The notes under the pieces were generated by a model. It did not search any database, was not told where the DNA came from, and saw nothing but the letters and a program-made list of their open reading frames with translations. The position numbers were made by a program, and so were the translations under genes. From Azolla caroliniana (Eukaryota; Plantae; Polypodiophyta), in assembly GCA_043228905.1 (NCBI GenBank), contig JBHGNT010000241.1:1-45948 (forward strand): a stretch of 45,948 nt of DNA. Direction: 5' to 3'. Numbering within the stretch: position 1 is the first letter of the stretch; each line of letters opens with the position of its first letter. Shown piece after piece: positions 34,764 through 45,948 of this stretch.

Positions 34764-37154
34764 CTGCTGCCAAAGCCTCATTCTTTCCGGTCTCCACCAT
34801 AACTTCTTCCAAGGGTACTGGTTCAGTCTCCGCACTAACTTTCATAGATATCGGGGGCCAATACCCGAATGTTCATAGTGTGTCGCCCATTTTATTTCTT
34901 TTTCTATACTCAACAACAAGGTGACATGAAAAAAGAGGTGGCGTAGGCTGCTTTAAATTAAAACCTTAGCTTTGCAGCTGCTGTTTTCAACCATCAGACC
35001 TTTTACAAGTAAGCAAGCAAGCAAGAGGTTCAAACCCACAGAAAGCAGCTGCTGCTTTTAACAAGCATCTGCATTCGTAGTAAACACGCGGATTCAGCAT
35101 GAAGGGCGAAAAAAAGAATCGTTTCATTTCCGCTAAATCAACGATCAGACCAAAAACGATAGTTGACCCGCCGCGCCGGCCGTGTCAAACGGCAGATTAT
35201 TAGGTTAATTTAAACATTACGGGCAAAATAAATCTATATTACCCGCAAGCAAGCAAGCAAGCAAGCAACTGCGACTCTGCTGTGGTACAGCAAGCAGGCA
35301 AGCAAGCTGCTTTAAGGTTGTTTCAACCTTGCCCGTTTAAAGTTGATGCATCCGTACGCTGTTTCTCAAACCTCTCTGCAAATTCCAGTTCATTGCTACC
35401 GCTCTTTATCTGTATTTTTCCGAAGCGGCGGGCGATCGCTCTTTTCTTTTTGGGTACAAGAACGCGTAGCACAGGCCGCTACGAAAGAAGGGCATAATGA
35501 AGAGACCTTAAAAGTCGAAGCAGGCCGCCAAAAAAAAAACAAAGATTTGCGTAAGGTTGAAAAACAACCCGTCCACTGCTTTAAGGTGGCAAACGAAGAA
35601 AGAGCTAAACAATGAGAGCTGAGCAAAGCAAGCAGAGAAACAGCGTACGGCAACGCATCTTTTTTATGCGGAGGGCTAAACCCCCACCAACCGTGCGTTA
35701 GCGGGAAGATGAAGCCCAACCGTGTGTTAACAGCGGCGGTATGGTTTTAATCCGAGCTAAGCTAAAAATCCGCCTTCTGAGCTATAAATGTTTACAGCGG
35801 GGAAAGAATTGATGCTTAAAAAAAGCAGCAAATTAGCGCAAGAAGTGCAGTTTTGCGCTGGCTGGGCACGTATCTTTGAGGGATACGTACCTCTCAGGCC
35901 TTGTAATTCTGAGAAGGGATACCTTGCTTGGCTTGAGAGGCTACATCTCACAAAACAAAAGAGAGCTTATAACTAGCTAGTGGTAACCGAAGATAGGTGG
36001 ATAGAACCAAAACGATTAACCGAGACGTCGCAGACAGATGCTTAAAGCCCGCCCCGACGCGCGCGGTAACGTAGTTACGGTCTGTTTTTTTCGGGATGTC
36101 GGTTACGGTTCGATCTATCTATAGATAGCTAGTTATAAGTTCTCTTTTGTTCTGTCTTAACGCTAGTCTTAACGACGTCTTGGGTGTAGATGTTTCACCC
36201 ATATCCTTTCAATTTGTAACTGCTTGCTGCGGGGCCCAAGGAAGATGCTGGGATAAAGCGCAAAGCTCTTTCTCAGCTTCCGCTCCTTCGCTCGTCTGGT
36301 ACGTGCGGGAGAATGTTCCGTTACGAACTTATGTCACACGTGTCGGTGTATCCTGGCTTGGACTGCCGTCTTCAGCCTTACCGGTTTCCTATACTTGTTA
36401 AAAGTGTGGGCGACCAGGTTCAGATGGGGTTTAGGCTGATGCTGATAGGATAGATTGATGGAGAGCGGAGTGAGAAGGGTGCCCGTACCCGTATAAAATT
36501 CTTTACGATTAATCATGGGCTTCTTCTTGCATCATTTCATATCAGTGCCTGGATTCTGCTGCTTGCTGTTCACCAGGTATATCAATAAAAGCACTACTCA
36601 TCAGCAGAGTATTAGGAGTATCATGAATCTGATTATTCTAATGGGTCATGTATTGATTACTCATAGTTCAGGGGTGCAATGGAATCTCCTCTAAAGGTGG
36701 TATCGTCTCTTCACTGGCACTTTCGTCATAAATCCAGCACTTCTGTTCTGCTGGGAAATAATCTATCATTTCCGGGCTCCGCTCCAATTTTCACTTTATG
36801 TCCTAAATTTCTCAATTCTTTTCCCTTTCTCATGCGTGAAAACGAGCGAAAATGAATGAACAAATAATATTTCTAATGCAGAAGCAACGGAAGCTCGTAG
36901 AGAAACCTTAAATTATTGGCTCACTTAAAGAAGTACTGCAGCCCGTTTAGTCCTAATTCTTCTCATAACCAATGTTTTCACTTTGATTTCGTTCAATCTC
37001 CTGTTATTTCGGTACATTCACGTGGGAATGGAAGAGATTCCGGCAGATCATGTTCACCATGAAGTCATATGAAATCGGATCTCGATTCTCCCTAGAATCT
37101 TCCTATTAGTTGCCATCAAAGACTTTTGCTTGTTTTCCGTTCTTTATCAATTGG

Positions 37155-37229
37155 TTATTTCAAAGGGTGGCCTAAGGTCACCCCCCTTAAATGAGAGTCC
37201 CGCCTCTCTTCATTTAAGCGGGAAAAACG
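37155..37229 (+). repeat. 75-bp hairpin-containing module, extra copy of 3622-3696 (the trnC leader)
   Basis: TTATTTCAAAGGGTGGCC...CATTTAAGCGGGAAAAACG is identical in both; internal inverted repeat CTTAAATGA/TCATTTAAG. Confidence 0.9.
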
Positions 37230-37751
37230 GGAAAGGGAGCAGCCAATATGCTTCAACATTCGAAGATAAAGAGCGCAGATTGGCCAAAAGGAAAGTAAGC
37301 AACGTAAAATACCTTGCCCCTGAACTACGAGTAGCACTCGCTCTGTCATGGATAGACAATCTGATCCGATTTGCTGAATATACATACCTCTGAAAGTAGA
37401 AGCAAAAGCGAAAGTGAGAGTGAAAGTGGAAGTATGGCCAGTTCCATGACCTTTCAGGACTCCTGCTACTGGGGATCGGATCGCCCTCATGGCCTAAAGG
37501 CGAACCGCGGAAGAAAAGAAGCGGGATTCGAACCCAATAGCTACTTTCGCTCGGGTCGATCTCGCCGCCATGACGCCACCAGAGTGATCCACATATCTAT
37601 CAACAAGAAAGCCAGAGTACGTAATCGACGCTGATGCAAGGAAATTTTTGAATTAGTCACGAGACGCGGGAAAATGGGGAAGATACGAGGTTTCAATCCT
37701 CTCTCATCAGATACGCTGATGGTCGGTTTTTCACTTGAGTCTAGGAGTTAT

Positions 37752-37784
<33 letters not shown>

Positions 37785-38130
37785 GCGTGAGGAAACAAAC
37801 TGAGCAATGGCCCTAGCTAGCCGATAGGGCTAAAGCGACGACAAGGAAGTAGAACTCCAACCACGGCGTAGGTGTTCTTTCCGCCGGCCGGCCGCCTGTG
37901 GACATCACAGATGGATCGCATCTACGTCGTCGTCCGGGAGGCATGAGCTGCCAATTTGCGGCAGTTGCTGGCTGCATGGGCATCGTCACGATCAAAAGAG
38001 GGCAGGGGAGCTCGTATTCCGGAACCCTCACCTGATGGGATGCGGGGAGCCGTATGACGGGAAACTGTCACGAGCGGTTCTGAATTGGCGGTCAGGCAGG
38101 GAACTCCTAACCTGATTGGCCGACCAAAAC

Positions 38131-38316
38131 CGAAATAAGACTCCGGAAAAGTCGTCGCCGTTGTTAAGAAATAGTTTATTTACATGAGTAAGAAACTGAC
38201 GTATTTCCATCGGTCGCTTCCGTTTCGTATATTAGTTATTTTGTATGCTTCGTATAGTTTTCTGTGAATTAGCATTAAAAGGTTCTTTAATAGGCATAAA
38301 CAAGTCGTGTTGGCAG
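38131..38316 (+). pseudogene. rps14: duplicate rps14 exon 2 with the 3' half of intron i114 (37229-38130) but no exon 1
   Basis: Identical to 3312-3497; upstream identity stops at 37229. Confidence 0.88.
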
Positions 38317-38522
38317 TACGCTGGTCGGCTTCACAAGCAAGCTGCGGGTCTTTTTCAATCACTAATTCTTATTTTGCCCAAAATCGTTGTCGTTGGTTCA
38401 CATTTTATGGCATCGCAGAAATTGATTGTAAGGCTTTAGATTATTTCAAAGGGTGGCCTAAGGTCACCCCCCTTAAATGAGAGTCCCGCCTCTCTTCATT
38501 TAAGCGGGAAAAACGTTCTGCT

Positions 38523-38593
38523 GGCTGGGTAACATAATGGCAATGTATTGGACTGCAAATCCTGGAATGACGGTTCGACTCCGTCCCTAGCCT
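38523..38593 (+). tRNA. trnC: tRNA-Cys(GCA), copy 3
   Basis: Identical to 3704-3774. Confidence 0.93.
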
Positions 38594-39886
38594 ATTCTTC
38601 TTCCAAGCTCTTTTGCCATTTCCGAGTGAAAAGATTGCTGCTTTAAAGTGGAAAGAAAAGTGCAAAGCATCTTCTTGCCAGTGATTCATCAAGATTGCCG
38701 CCGGCTCGGTTTAAAGTGAAAAGAAAAGTGCTGCTTTGCTTTGCTTTGCTGGATTCGCAGATTATGGCCAGAAGATGATATTGCCTTCTTGCATGATCCT
38801 TCTGAATTTTACCAACGGAATTTCGAAATTCCAGCATTCAATTCTTTCCGCAATCTGAGCCGCATTAAAGATTATCGTATAATAATCCATGAATATTCAG
38901 GCCTTCTTGAAAGTTCAAAAGAAGAACTTTGGTAGCCATTTATATTACACTTTTTACCGCTTCTTCTTCTTCCGCAGTGCAGTTTTCTTGCGCTTCATGA
39001 AGAAAAGGTGCTGTTTGAAATTGTAGCTTGAATCTTATCGGAAAACTAACTCTAGGCCTTCTTGATGAACAGCTATGGATAATACGGCGGAAGTTGCTTG
39101 CGGGGAAGAACCAAGGTGGTGGATGAACCCGCTGCTTCATCAGCGCGATGAAGACGATTAACGCTACTTATCGGCTACGGTAAAGTCAGACGGCCCGATG
39201 GGGGAGTTGGTAGCAGAAGCTAGACAATTGCGGCGCGGCCCAACAAGAAAAGAAAAGAAGCGGATTGACGTGGCCGCAGTCATTCGACCTCCCCATGCTA
39301 TCTGAGTGGATGCACCTCACCCTTCCACTGGCTATGCGGGGACTGGACCAATGTGATCTCGCCTTGACGTTGGCGGTCCGGCTTATGGAGAAGAGACCAA
39401 CTGTGGTGTGGCCTTCTCCAACCAAGAGTCACACCAAAATGAAAATATTGCACTTGTGCCCGTTAGTTGACCGCGTTTCCAGCTAACGTTCCTTGTCATT
39501 GCGAACGACACCCTATTCATTCATTCATTCATTCGTTCGATCGGGGAATAAATCGCCCGCCCTTCATGCTGAATCCGCGTGTCTGCGTGTGGAAATCGCA
39601 GCGGCCTAATCGTTCGTACGGTTCTTCGAGGAAGAAATAAATCTATCCCTGCATCCCAACTACGAATAAGAATCAATCAGAGTTCTTTCGATTTTCTTTA
39701 CGGAAACGCGGAAAGCCAGCCCATCGCCGCTTTGTTTGCGGTCGACGAGACAAAGCGAAGGCCTTCATTGCATTGCATTGCATTGCATTGCTGCGACTTG
39801 TTGAAGAACCAACCTTTAACTCCCATGCATATGGAGGAGAGAGAAAAAGGGAAAAAACCGAACAGACTTAGAAGTCGTTGAAAGGA

Positions 39887-40042
39887 ATATTTGAGCATGA
39901 TTCTTTCGCGCTTCTTCTAGAGATCTTTCCTGTTAACGCAACTATTATTTTGCCCATTCATGGAGTTTTGTTTAGTACTTTCAAATAATATGATTATCTA
40001 CTGCTAGTATGTAACGTGGGTTGGCTCGGTTTACCTAGTGTT
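39887..40042 (+). CDS. nad2: NADH dehydrogenase subunit 2, exon 1 (156 nt; ATA at the usual ATG position)
   Basis: (I)FEHDFLALFPEIFL.NATIILLIHGV.FSTSKQYDYPPLVCNVGWLGLLSV after editing. Confidence 0.88.
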
Positions 40043-41530
40043 ATGTGCCTAGGAAGGCACGTTCTGGGATGCGGGGGTTGAAAGCCATCGCTCGGATGGA
40101 CTCCCTAACTGGCAGGGATCGGACTGCTGCCAAAAACCATAGCATGGGGACTATCCGCTCGCCGCAGGGCTAGTCGTACGCAACAGGAGCAAGGTAACTC
40201 CCCCAGTTTGTAGAATGTTCCGGGAGGCACTTGAGTCCGAACGCTATTATTCATGTGCGACCAACCCTCCGAGAGTAACTGTAATAAGCAGGTTCTGTGT
40301 ACGCAGTACCAAACGGCGAGTCAACTACCAGACGCGCAACCTAGGGATCACCCGAATGGACTCTATAAAGATTGACTTCAATATAAGTAGAGCATAGCCG
40401 CCCAATCCTTAAAGATCGAGGCTTTGCTGGCCCGTACGGGTGAAAGATCCTGTCGTAATGTACTCCGGAAATTACACCAGGCAACCCAAGTCGAGCATGC
40501 GACAATGCCCCCATGAAGAGCTCCGAGGAAAGGGAGGTAGATGATAGTGTGATATTCTGTAAACGGACACGCAGAAGCGTCCCCGACAGGTGTACTACAC
40601 CTAGCGAAAAAGAAAGAAATCGTACGTGGTGGGATAAGCGAATTAGGAGAATGCAGTTGACAGACTGGGAAATTTCCCGACCGAATCTCATATGAGACAA
40701 CTGGAGTAAGCTGCTTGCTGCTTTGGGGCTGGCTACTTCTACAGCCGAGGAACCGGCGGACGATGGAACCTTAGCAAATGGAATGGGCGAAATGGAGATA
40801 CCTACTCCTGTGAGTCATAGAGAATATACGCTCCGGAACTTGCTCTCCGACCTATACAGTGGTGGTAAGTAGGTCACTCTTGTAGTCAGACTAGCAAGTC
40901 GAGCCGCTCGCAAACAAAACTTCTCCAGCCAAGCCAAGCCAAGCCAAGCCAAGCCAAGCCAGGATTGTCCTAAACGTAAGCCCTGGACACACAACAATAG
41001 ACATTCTATACTTCCCCCAACAAGCAAGAAAGAAGTGGATAGCTACGCTTGACTCGCTGAGCAAGATGCATTGCGACTGGATTCCCCCCTGACGAGCCTC
41101 ACTATAAGTCCTAGAGTAGTGCGGTATGGTAAAGCAACACGGCTAGCCTTCCAGAGACCCGAACTCGCTGAAAGCCAAATGGAGCCAGCGGGACTTCCGT
41201 AGTCAAATAATCGTCCGGGAATCTTTGGTTCAAAATACGGACCTTCGGCCTTCTTTCGTAGAGTGAAGGGCGTGGGTGAAACTTTTGCTGAATGAAGGAC
41301 ACAAGCAAGGTCGGTTGGTAATTTTGAAGCGAACTCGCGTCTAGACATAGTAAATAGAACTTGAATTCAGGCAACTAAGCCACGTACTCTGAACACATAA
41401 ACCAGTGTTCGATTTGAAAGGTTCGCTTGTTCCCGTAAATCTCCAGCAGAAGTCATCACAAACGAGCCACATGCGGGGAAACTTGCACGTGTGGTTCTGA
41501 CCAGAGAGGGAAGACCTACCCCATCGGTTT
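40043..41530 (+). other. nad2: group II intron nad2i156g2 (atypical termini)
   Basis: Starts ATGTGCCTAGG; domain V GAGCCACATGCGGGGAAACTTGCACGTGTGGTTC at 41464; ends CGGTTT. Confidence 0.88.
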
Positions 41531-41916
41531 CTAATAACCATCGTACCGGTCGCCGCTGGCGCACCCATAACGTTTGCTAATCTACCATATAATAATGGTA
41601 TGAAAGACAATTCGACATATTTTCGCGAAATATTGCCACTATTAAGTACGGCTAGTACTATTGTTACGTGTTTGGATTATTTTAAACGGGAGAGGTTGAA
41701 TGCTTCTGAATCCATTGTATTAACTTTACCTTCCACTCGCAGTATGCCTTTCATGGTCTTGGCCTGCGATTCAATTGCCATGTATTTAGCTATCGAGCCT
41801 TAAAGTTCATGTTTTCATGTGATCGCAGCCTTGAAGAGAGACTCTGAATTTTTCATGGAAGCCGGCCTAAAATATTCTATTTCAGGTGCATTCTCCTCCG
41901 GAATATTATTGTTTGG
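41531..41916 (+). CDS. nad2: nad2 exon 2 (386 nt)
   Basis: [54 protein letters not shown] after editing. Confidence 0.93.
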
Positions 41917-43679
41917 GTACGACTGGCCAACTACCGATATAGGCAGCGATGGCGACGAGCTATGCCTTAATTTCCGATGTGCGACATCTCACTGGTTGGG
42001 ATAGAGATTCTCCTGGTCTCATTCCATGGCGGCGGAAAGAGTCCTCGGCGTAAAGTTAAGATTAGAAGAAGTAGAGCGAAAGAAATATACTTGGAGGAGG
42101 GTCCCGAGAGAGAGTGTAACCCAGCAAGGACAACGGGAGGGTGCGAAGAAGCCCAATACTTCAACTAAAGGAGCGACCTTAGTTGGTTCACTAAACCCCA
42201 ACCCAGCGCTACATGTTCTCCTGGGTCCCGCCGAGGATCCCTCAAGTGCCCTTGTCCCGACTTCTCCCGGGATAGGCGTTATCGAAGACAAGCCAGGAAT
42301 GGCCGAAGTAAGTGGACACCCACCTTACCGGTTAGAGAGGCCCTCTTTAAGACATTCACCAAAATGTTCACAGGGGCTAGGAACACTCGATCGTAGGAAC
42401 TTCCGTACACCACTTACGGATCGCTCCGGGGTACGCAACAACCTTGACCAAATCTACCAAACGAATCAGGCCTTCGGCCCCGATCACGTGCACTATCAGC
42501 TTTATCCAATACATGGTCTTGGATAAAGATTTGCTGTTTACTGCTTACGGAAACATCCGATGATCACACCCCACCCCTGCCACGGGAAATTATTCAGAAC
42601 TTCAATCTTCCGAGAAGAGAGAGAAAGATTCGTAAAACTTTTCAGTCAAACAAGATATTCGATCCACTTATATAGATATATCTATGTACATATGAATATG
42701 TACGTATTCTTTGCTCTCTATTTTGTAGAACCTTCGTTCTTCAAACCAACCTTGCGGCGGGCCGGGCCGGGCCGGGCCGGGCCGGGCCGGGCCGGCGGCG
42801 TTCTCCTATTAAATCATTCCCACGATACGGGCAATATGATACTGGCATTATCAATGTGTTAAGCGAGGAAAAACTGAAGATGGATTGGCTCTCAGCCAGC
42901 CAGCAGCAGAGTTACAGAGAGCGCCGCCCGCGCGCGGACCTTCTGATGGCCTACCTCGCCCCTAGACGAAAGGGCAACCATCTACACCTGAAATACTGTC
43001 GACAGTATTTGCTTGCGGCGGAACAACAAAAAAGAGTGCAGTCTCCCGCTTAACCGGAATTTGATAAGGTTTCGCAAGACACTTCAACATATACCTGACG
43101 TTAGCAAGGGGGAACCAAGGTTTCTGCCTCGGTTCCCCCGGCAGGCAGGCATTCTCGGAACGCCCGCATGATGAAAACCGCGCCGATGAAGCCGCTTAAT
43201 GAACGATGCCCGGATGAAGCGGTGGGTGCGCAGGACCAGTGGAAATCCATCGTGTCCGCAGCGAAGGCGCCGCAGAGCGACCCGATTATTAGATACTTAT
43301 AGGTTATAAACCGTAAGCCTTCAGCCTTATGCAAATACCATCATGAACAAGTGGTCCTTAGAACAAGGTGAGAATGGGGGGAGAGCTACTAGAGGCGTTC
43401 CTTCTGCCGGCCTTCCCTTCAGTTGAGTGGCTGAAGCCCCGCCCCTGGCTGGTAAGCGCTATGCGCCATTCCTTTAACGTAATGAACGTTGAGGGCGCGC
43501 GCGCCCCCGATGCGATGCCCGCAGTTTTATTTCCAAAATGAAGATCGAGGTGGAAGGCCTCATAATGAGATAGGTTCAATAGTGTCCGTGCAAGCCGTAT
43601 GCAGTGAAAGTCGCACGTACGGTTACGAGGGGGTTCGCGTCTATACGTGGAGTGTGGATGGGAGCCTATGTCGCCCTAT
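41917..43679 (+). other. nad2: group II intron nad2i542g2 (cis)
   Basis: 5' GTACGACTGG; domain V AAGCCGTATGCAGTGAAAGTCGCACGTACGGTTA; 3' CGCCCTAT. Confidence 0.92.
42758..42796. repeat. (GGCCG)n microsatellite
   Basis: About 7 units; similar arrays at 659-688 and 23863-23890. Confidence 0.95.
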
Positions 43680-43846
43680 TTGTTCTATGATCTATGGGTC
43701 TACTGGAATCACTAACTTTGAAGAATCAGCCAAGACTTTCACTGGATATGAAATCACTTTGCTCAGTGCTCAATCTAGTGGTATCTTTATGGGGATCCCA
43801 TTCATTGCTGTAGGTTTCTTATCCAAGATTACTGCAGTTTCTTTTC
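43680..43846 (+). CDS. nad2: nad2 exon 3 (167 nt)
   Basis: CSMIYGSTGITNFEELAKIFTGYEITL..GIFMGILFIAVGFLFKITAVPF after editing. Confidence 0.93.
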
Positions 43847-44996
43847 GAGCGGCCGTAAGACGGCCTGTGGGTACCGGCAGATTGCGGCCAATCTCAGTAC
43901 TATCGGGGCGCCTTATGTTATGCTGCTGGAGCGTGGAACCCATCACTACCTCGTAAGAGCGTGAGACTATAGCATGTTACAAAAGCGCGGTTGGGGGCTA
44001 GGAGGTGAAGGGCACCGCGCGAACTCTTCTATAGTGTCACACGAGAGAAGCCCGCCCGCCTGGCGAATCGAAGTTCCAGTCAACTGGCCACCTGGTTAAC
44101 CTGTGCCACAAGCAAGCACAGTGGAAACGCGTTGGTGTGCTTCCTGCCTGTCGAGATTAAGCAGCGACAAGGTCTAGATTGGAGGAGCTGGAAACAGCTG
44201 CATGAAAGCCGATTACTCAACTCAACCCCTTGCTTGGCTTGGGGACAATTAACGAAACGATATCCCGAGACACCAAAACCATAGGCTGTATCGGCGAGAT
44301 CCAACGGTGAGCTAGATCCCCGGCTGGAAGTCATAGGACCTTTAGTACCCACTGCCGCATTCCGTGCGTGCCACTTCGGCCTTTATGTTACAAGCCGGCA
44401 AGAAGAGCGGCTCGAAAACCTGCCTGAAGGCGGGGAAGTGGGGCACAGCAAACGCTCCTTCACCTCATTCCGTTCAGGAAAGGGATAACCAGGAGCGCGC
44501 CGCGCGGGTCTTTGACCCCGAACAAAGCCTTTGGCCTTTGCTCGCGGAGCGAACTAACAAATTTCATTCTTTCAAGGAAACCTGCCGGATGGTAGTACGC
44601 CATCTTCACCTGCGGCGGAGAAAACCAAAGAAAGCGCCTTGTTCTCTTCTCGGCCTGAGAAAGCACTGGCAACAACGGAAAGGAAGGGGTCTATCTATCT
44701 AATACCTGCTTTTACTGAGCAGGTTTTATCCGTCCAAAATCCACTGCCGAATTAATTCCCGGTGACCTTATCCGACAGCGTGTGGAATGGCTGAAAGCGG
44801 CGGCGGACTCTCGGGTATATCTAATCCAAGTGTTGTAGGGTTAGAGAGCCGTATGATGGGCGACTATCACGTACGGTTCGGGGAGCACTGTAGTAGGTCA
44901 TTCGGGAATTCTCTGAACTCTTCGCTAGGCAAACAGCGAGTGAACGACAGCTTTCTTTGCTGCACGGCTCGGTTAATGATTTACTTTCGACCCTAT
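43847..44996 (+). other. nad2: group II intron nad2i709g2
   Basis: 5' GAGCGGCCG; domain V GAGCCGTATGATGGGCGACTATCACGTACGGTTC; 3' GACCCTAT. Confidence 0.92.
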
Positions 44997-45569
44997 ATGT
45001 GTGGGCACCTGATGTATACGAGGGTTTACCTACTCTGGTTACAGCATTTTTTCCCATTGCACCTAAAATATCTATTCCTGCCAATATGTTATGTGTTTCT
45101 CCCTATAGTTTCCACGATCTAACATGGTAACAACTCTTCCTTTTCTGCAGCATCGCTTTCATGATCCTAGGAGCACTGGCCGCTATGGCCTAAAAAGAAG
45201 TAAAAAGACTTTCAGCTTATAGCTCTATTGGACATGTAGGTTATCTTTCAATCGGTTTTTCACGTGGAATCACAGAAGGAATTTAATCACCACTAATTGG
45301 TATCTCTATTCATATATCAATGATCATTAATGTATTCGCTACAGTTTTAGCATTACGTTAAACCTGTGTCAAATATATAGCGGATTCAGGCGCTTTAGCC
45401 AAAACTAATCTTATTTCAGCTATTACTCCGTCCGTTACTATGTTTCTATACGCAGGAATACTCCCGTTAGCCGGCTTTCGTAGCAAATTCCATTTGTTCT
45501 TTGCCGCCCTGAGCTGTGGGGCTTATTTACTAGCTTTAATAGGGGTAGTTACTAGTGTCATCAGTCGTT
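44997..45569 (+). CDS. nad2: nad2 exon 4 (573 nt; no intron at i830)
   Basis: HVWAPDVYEGSPT.VTAFF.IAPK..VKRLLAYSSIGHVGY..YAGIPPLAGF.SKF..GVVTSVI after editing. Confidence 0.93.
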
Positions 45570-45948
45570 GGGCGGCCGGAAGGGGTTGCCTAGAGTCAGT
45601 GTAAGAGACCTGCAGGCAGGCAGGGTCGTGCACCGGACGCGTAGCTTACCAAAACGTCGCAGGACAGATGGAGAGAACGCATCTACGAAAGGGCAAGTGA
45701 GGGGGTGCCGCTAGGATCTCATGAACCTACCCAAGATCCTTGTATGAGTCCGCCGCTATCACTACACGAGATGAACCTAAGTTGCCGTAAATCAAAGTAT
45801 CCTTCAGTGTGATGAGACTCCCAGCCAGTTACAGCGCGCGATTGCTGAAGTGCCCCCTGCCGGTGATCAGAACAACGCAAGCCGGACGAAGACAGACGGA
45901 GCAGATTACCCATATCACTGCTGCTGGGGACAGGGAACAAATCGGCAT
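45570..45948 (+). other. nad2: group II intron nad2i1282g2, 5' part (continues beyond the window)
   Basis: 5' GGGCGGCCGG at CDS position 1282. Confidence 0.85.

Larger units (their letters stand above)
37229..39870 (+). repeat. large repeat copy C (composite of copies A and B)
   Basis: 37229-39472 matches 2410-4652; 38166-39870 matches the reverse complement of 19728-21431. One small variant near 39232. Confidence 0.95.

Noticed and set aside
40255-40270. GTGCGACC inside nad2i156 as a second nested intron
   Set aside because: No additional domain V/VI was found inside that intron.
9026-45569. Calling the respiratory and ribosomal genes pseudogenes because of in-frame stops
   Set aside because: The stops fall at Gln/Arg-compatible positions, frames and exon lengths are intact, and the pattern fits U-to-C editing.

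Overview
Plant mitochondrial DNA, most likely from a leptosporangiate fern. The evidence is intron rps1i25g2, intron nad5i1242g2, and very dense C-to-U plus U-to-C editing, which breaks every gene into pieces in the ORF track. Complete genes reconstructed by hand are rps14 (2 exons), tatC, nad4 (3 exons), rps1 (2 exons), cox3, nad5 (5 exons) and nad6. Also present are nad2 exons 1-4 (running off the window end), an isolated nad7 exon 1, the 3' part of the LSU rRNA, three trnC-GCA copies and a trnT-derived tRNA-like element. A three-copy repeat (1.3-2.2 kb, direct and inverted) puts the same leader in front of the rrnL 3' piece, nad4 and nad2. The most interesting observations are: a compact group II intron nested in the maturase remnant of nad4i1399 (twintron); nad7 intron i140 broken off with no domain V/VI or exon 2 before cox3 (trans-splicing candidate); an rrnL split in a group I intron; a t-element candidate 30 nt upstream of nad7; and mitovirus and plasmid-polymerase fossils. 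All calls come from manual reading and recalled protein and intron consensus; no database search was run.
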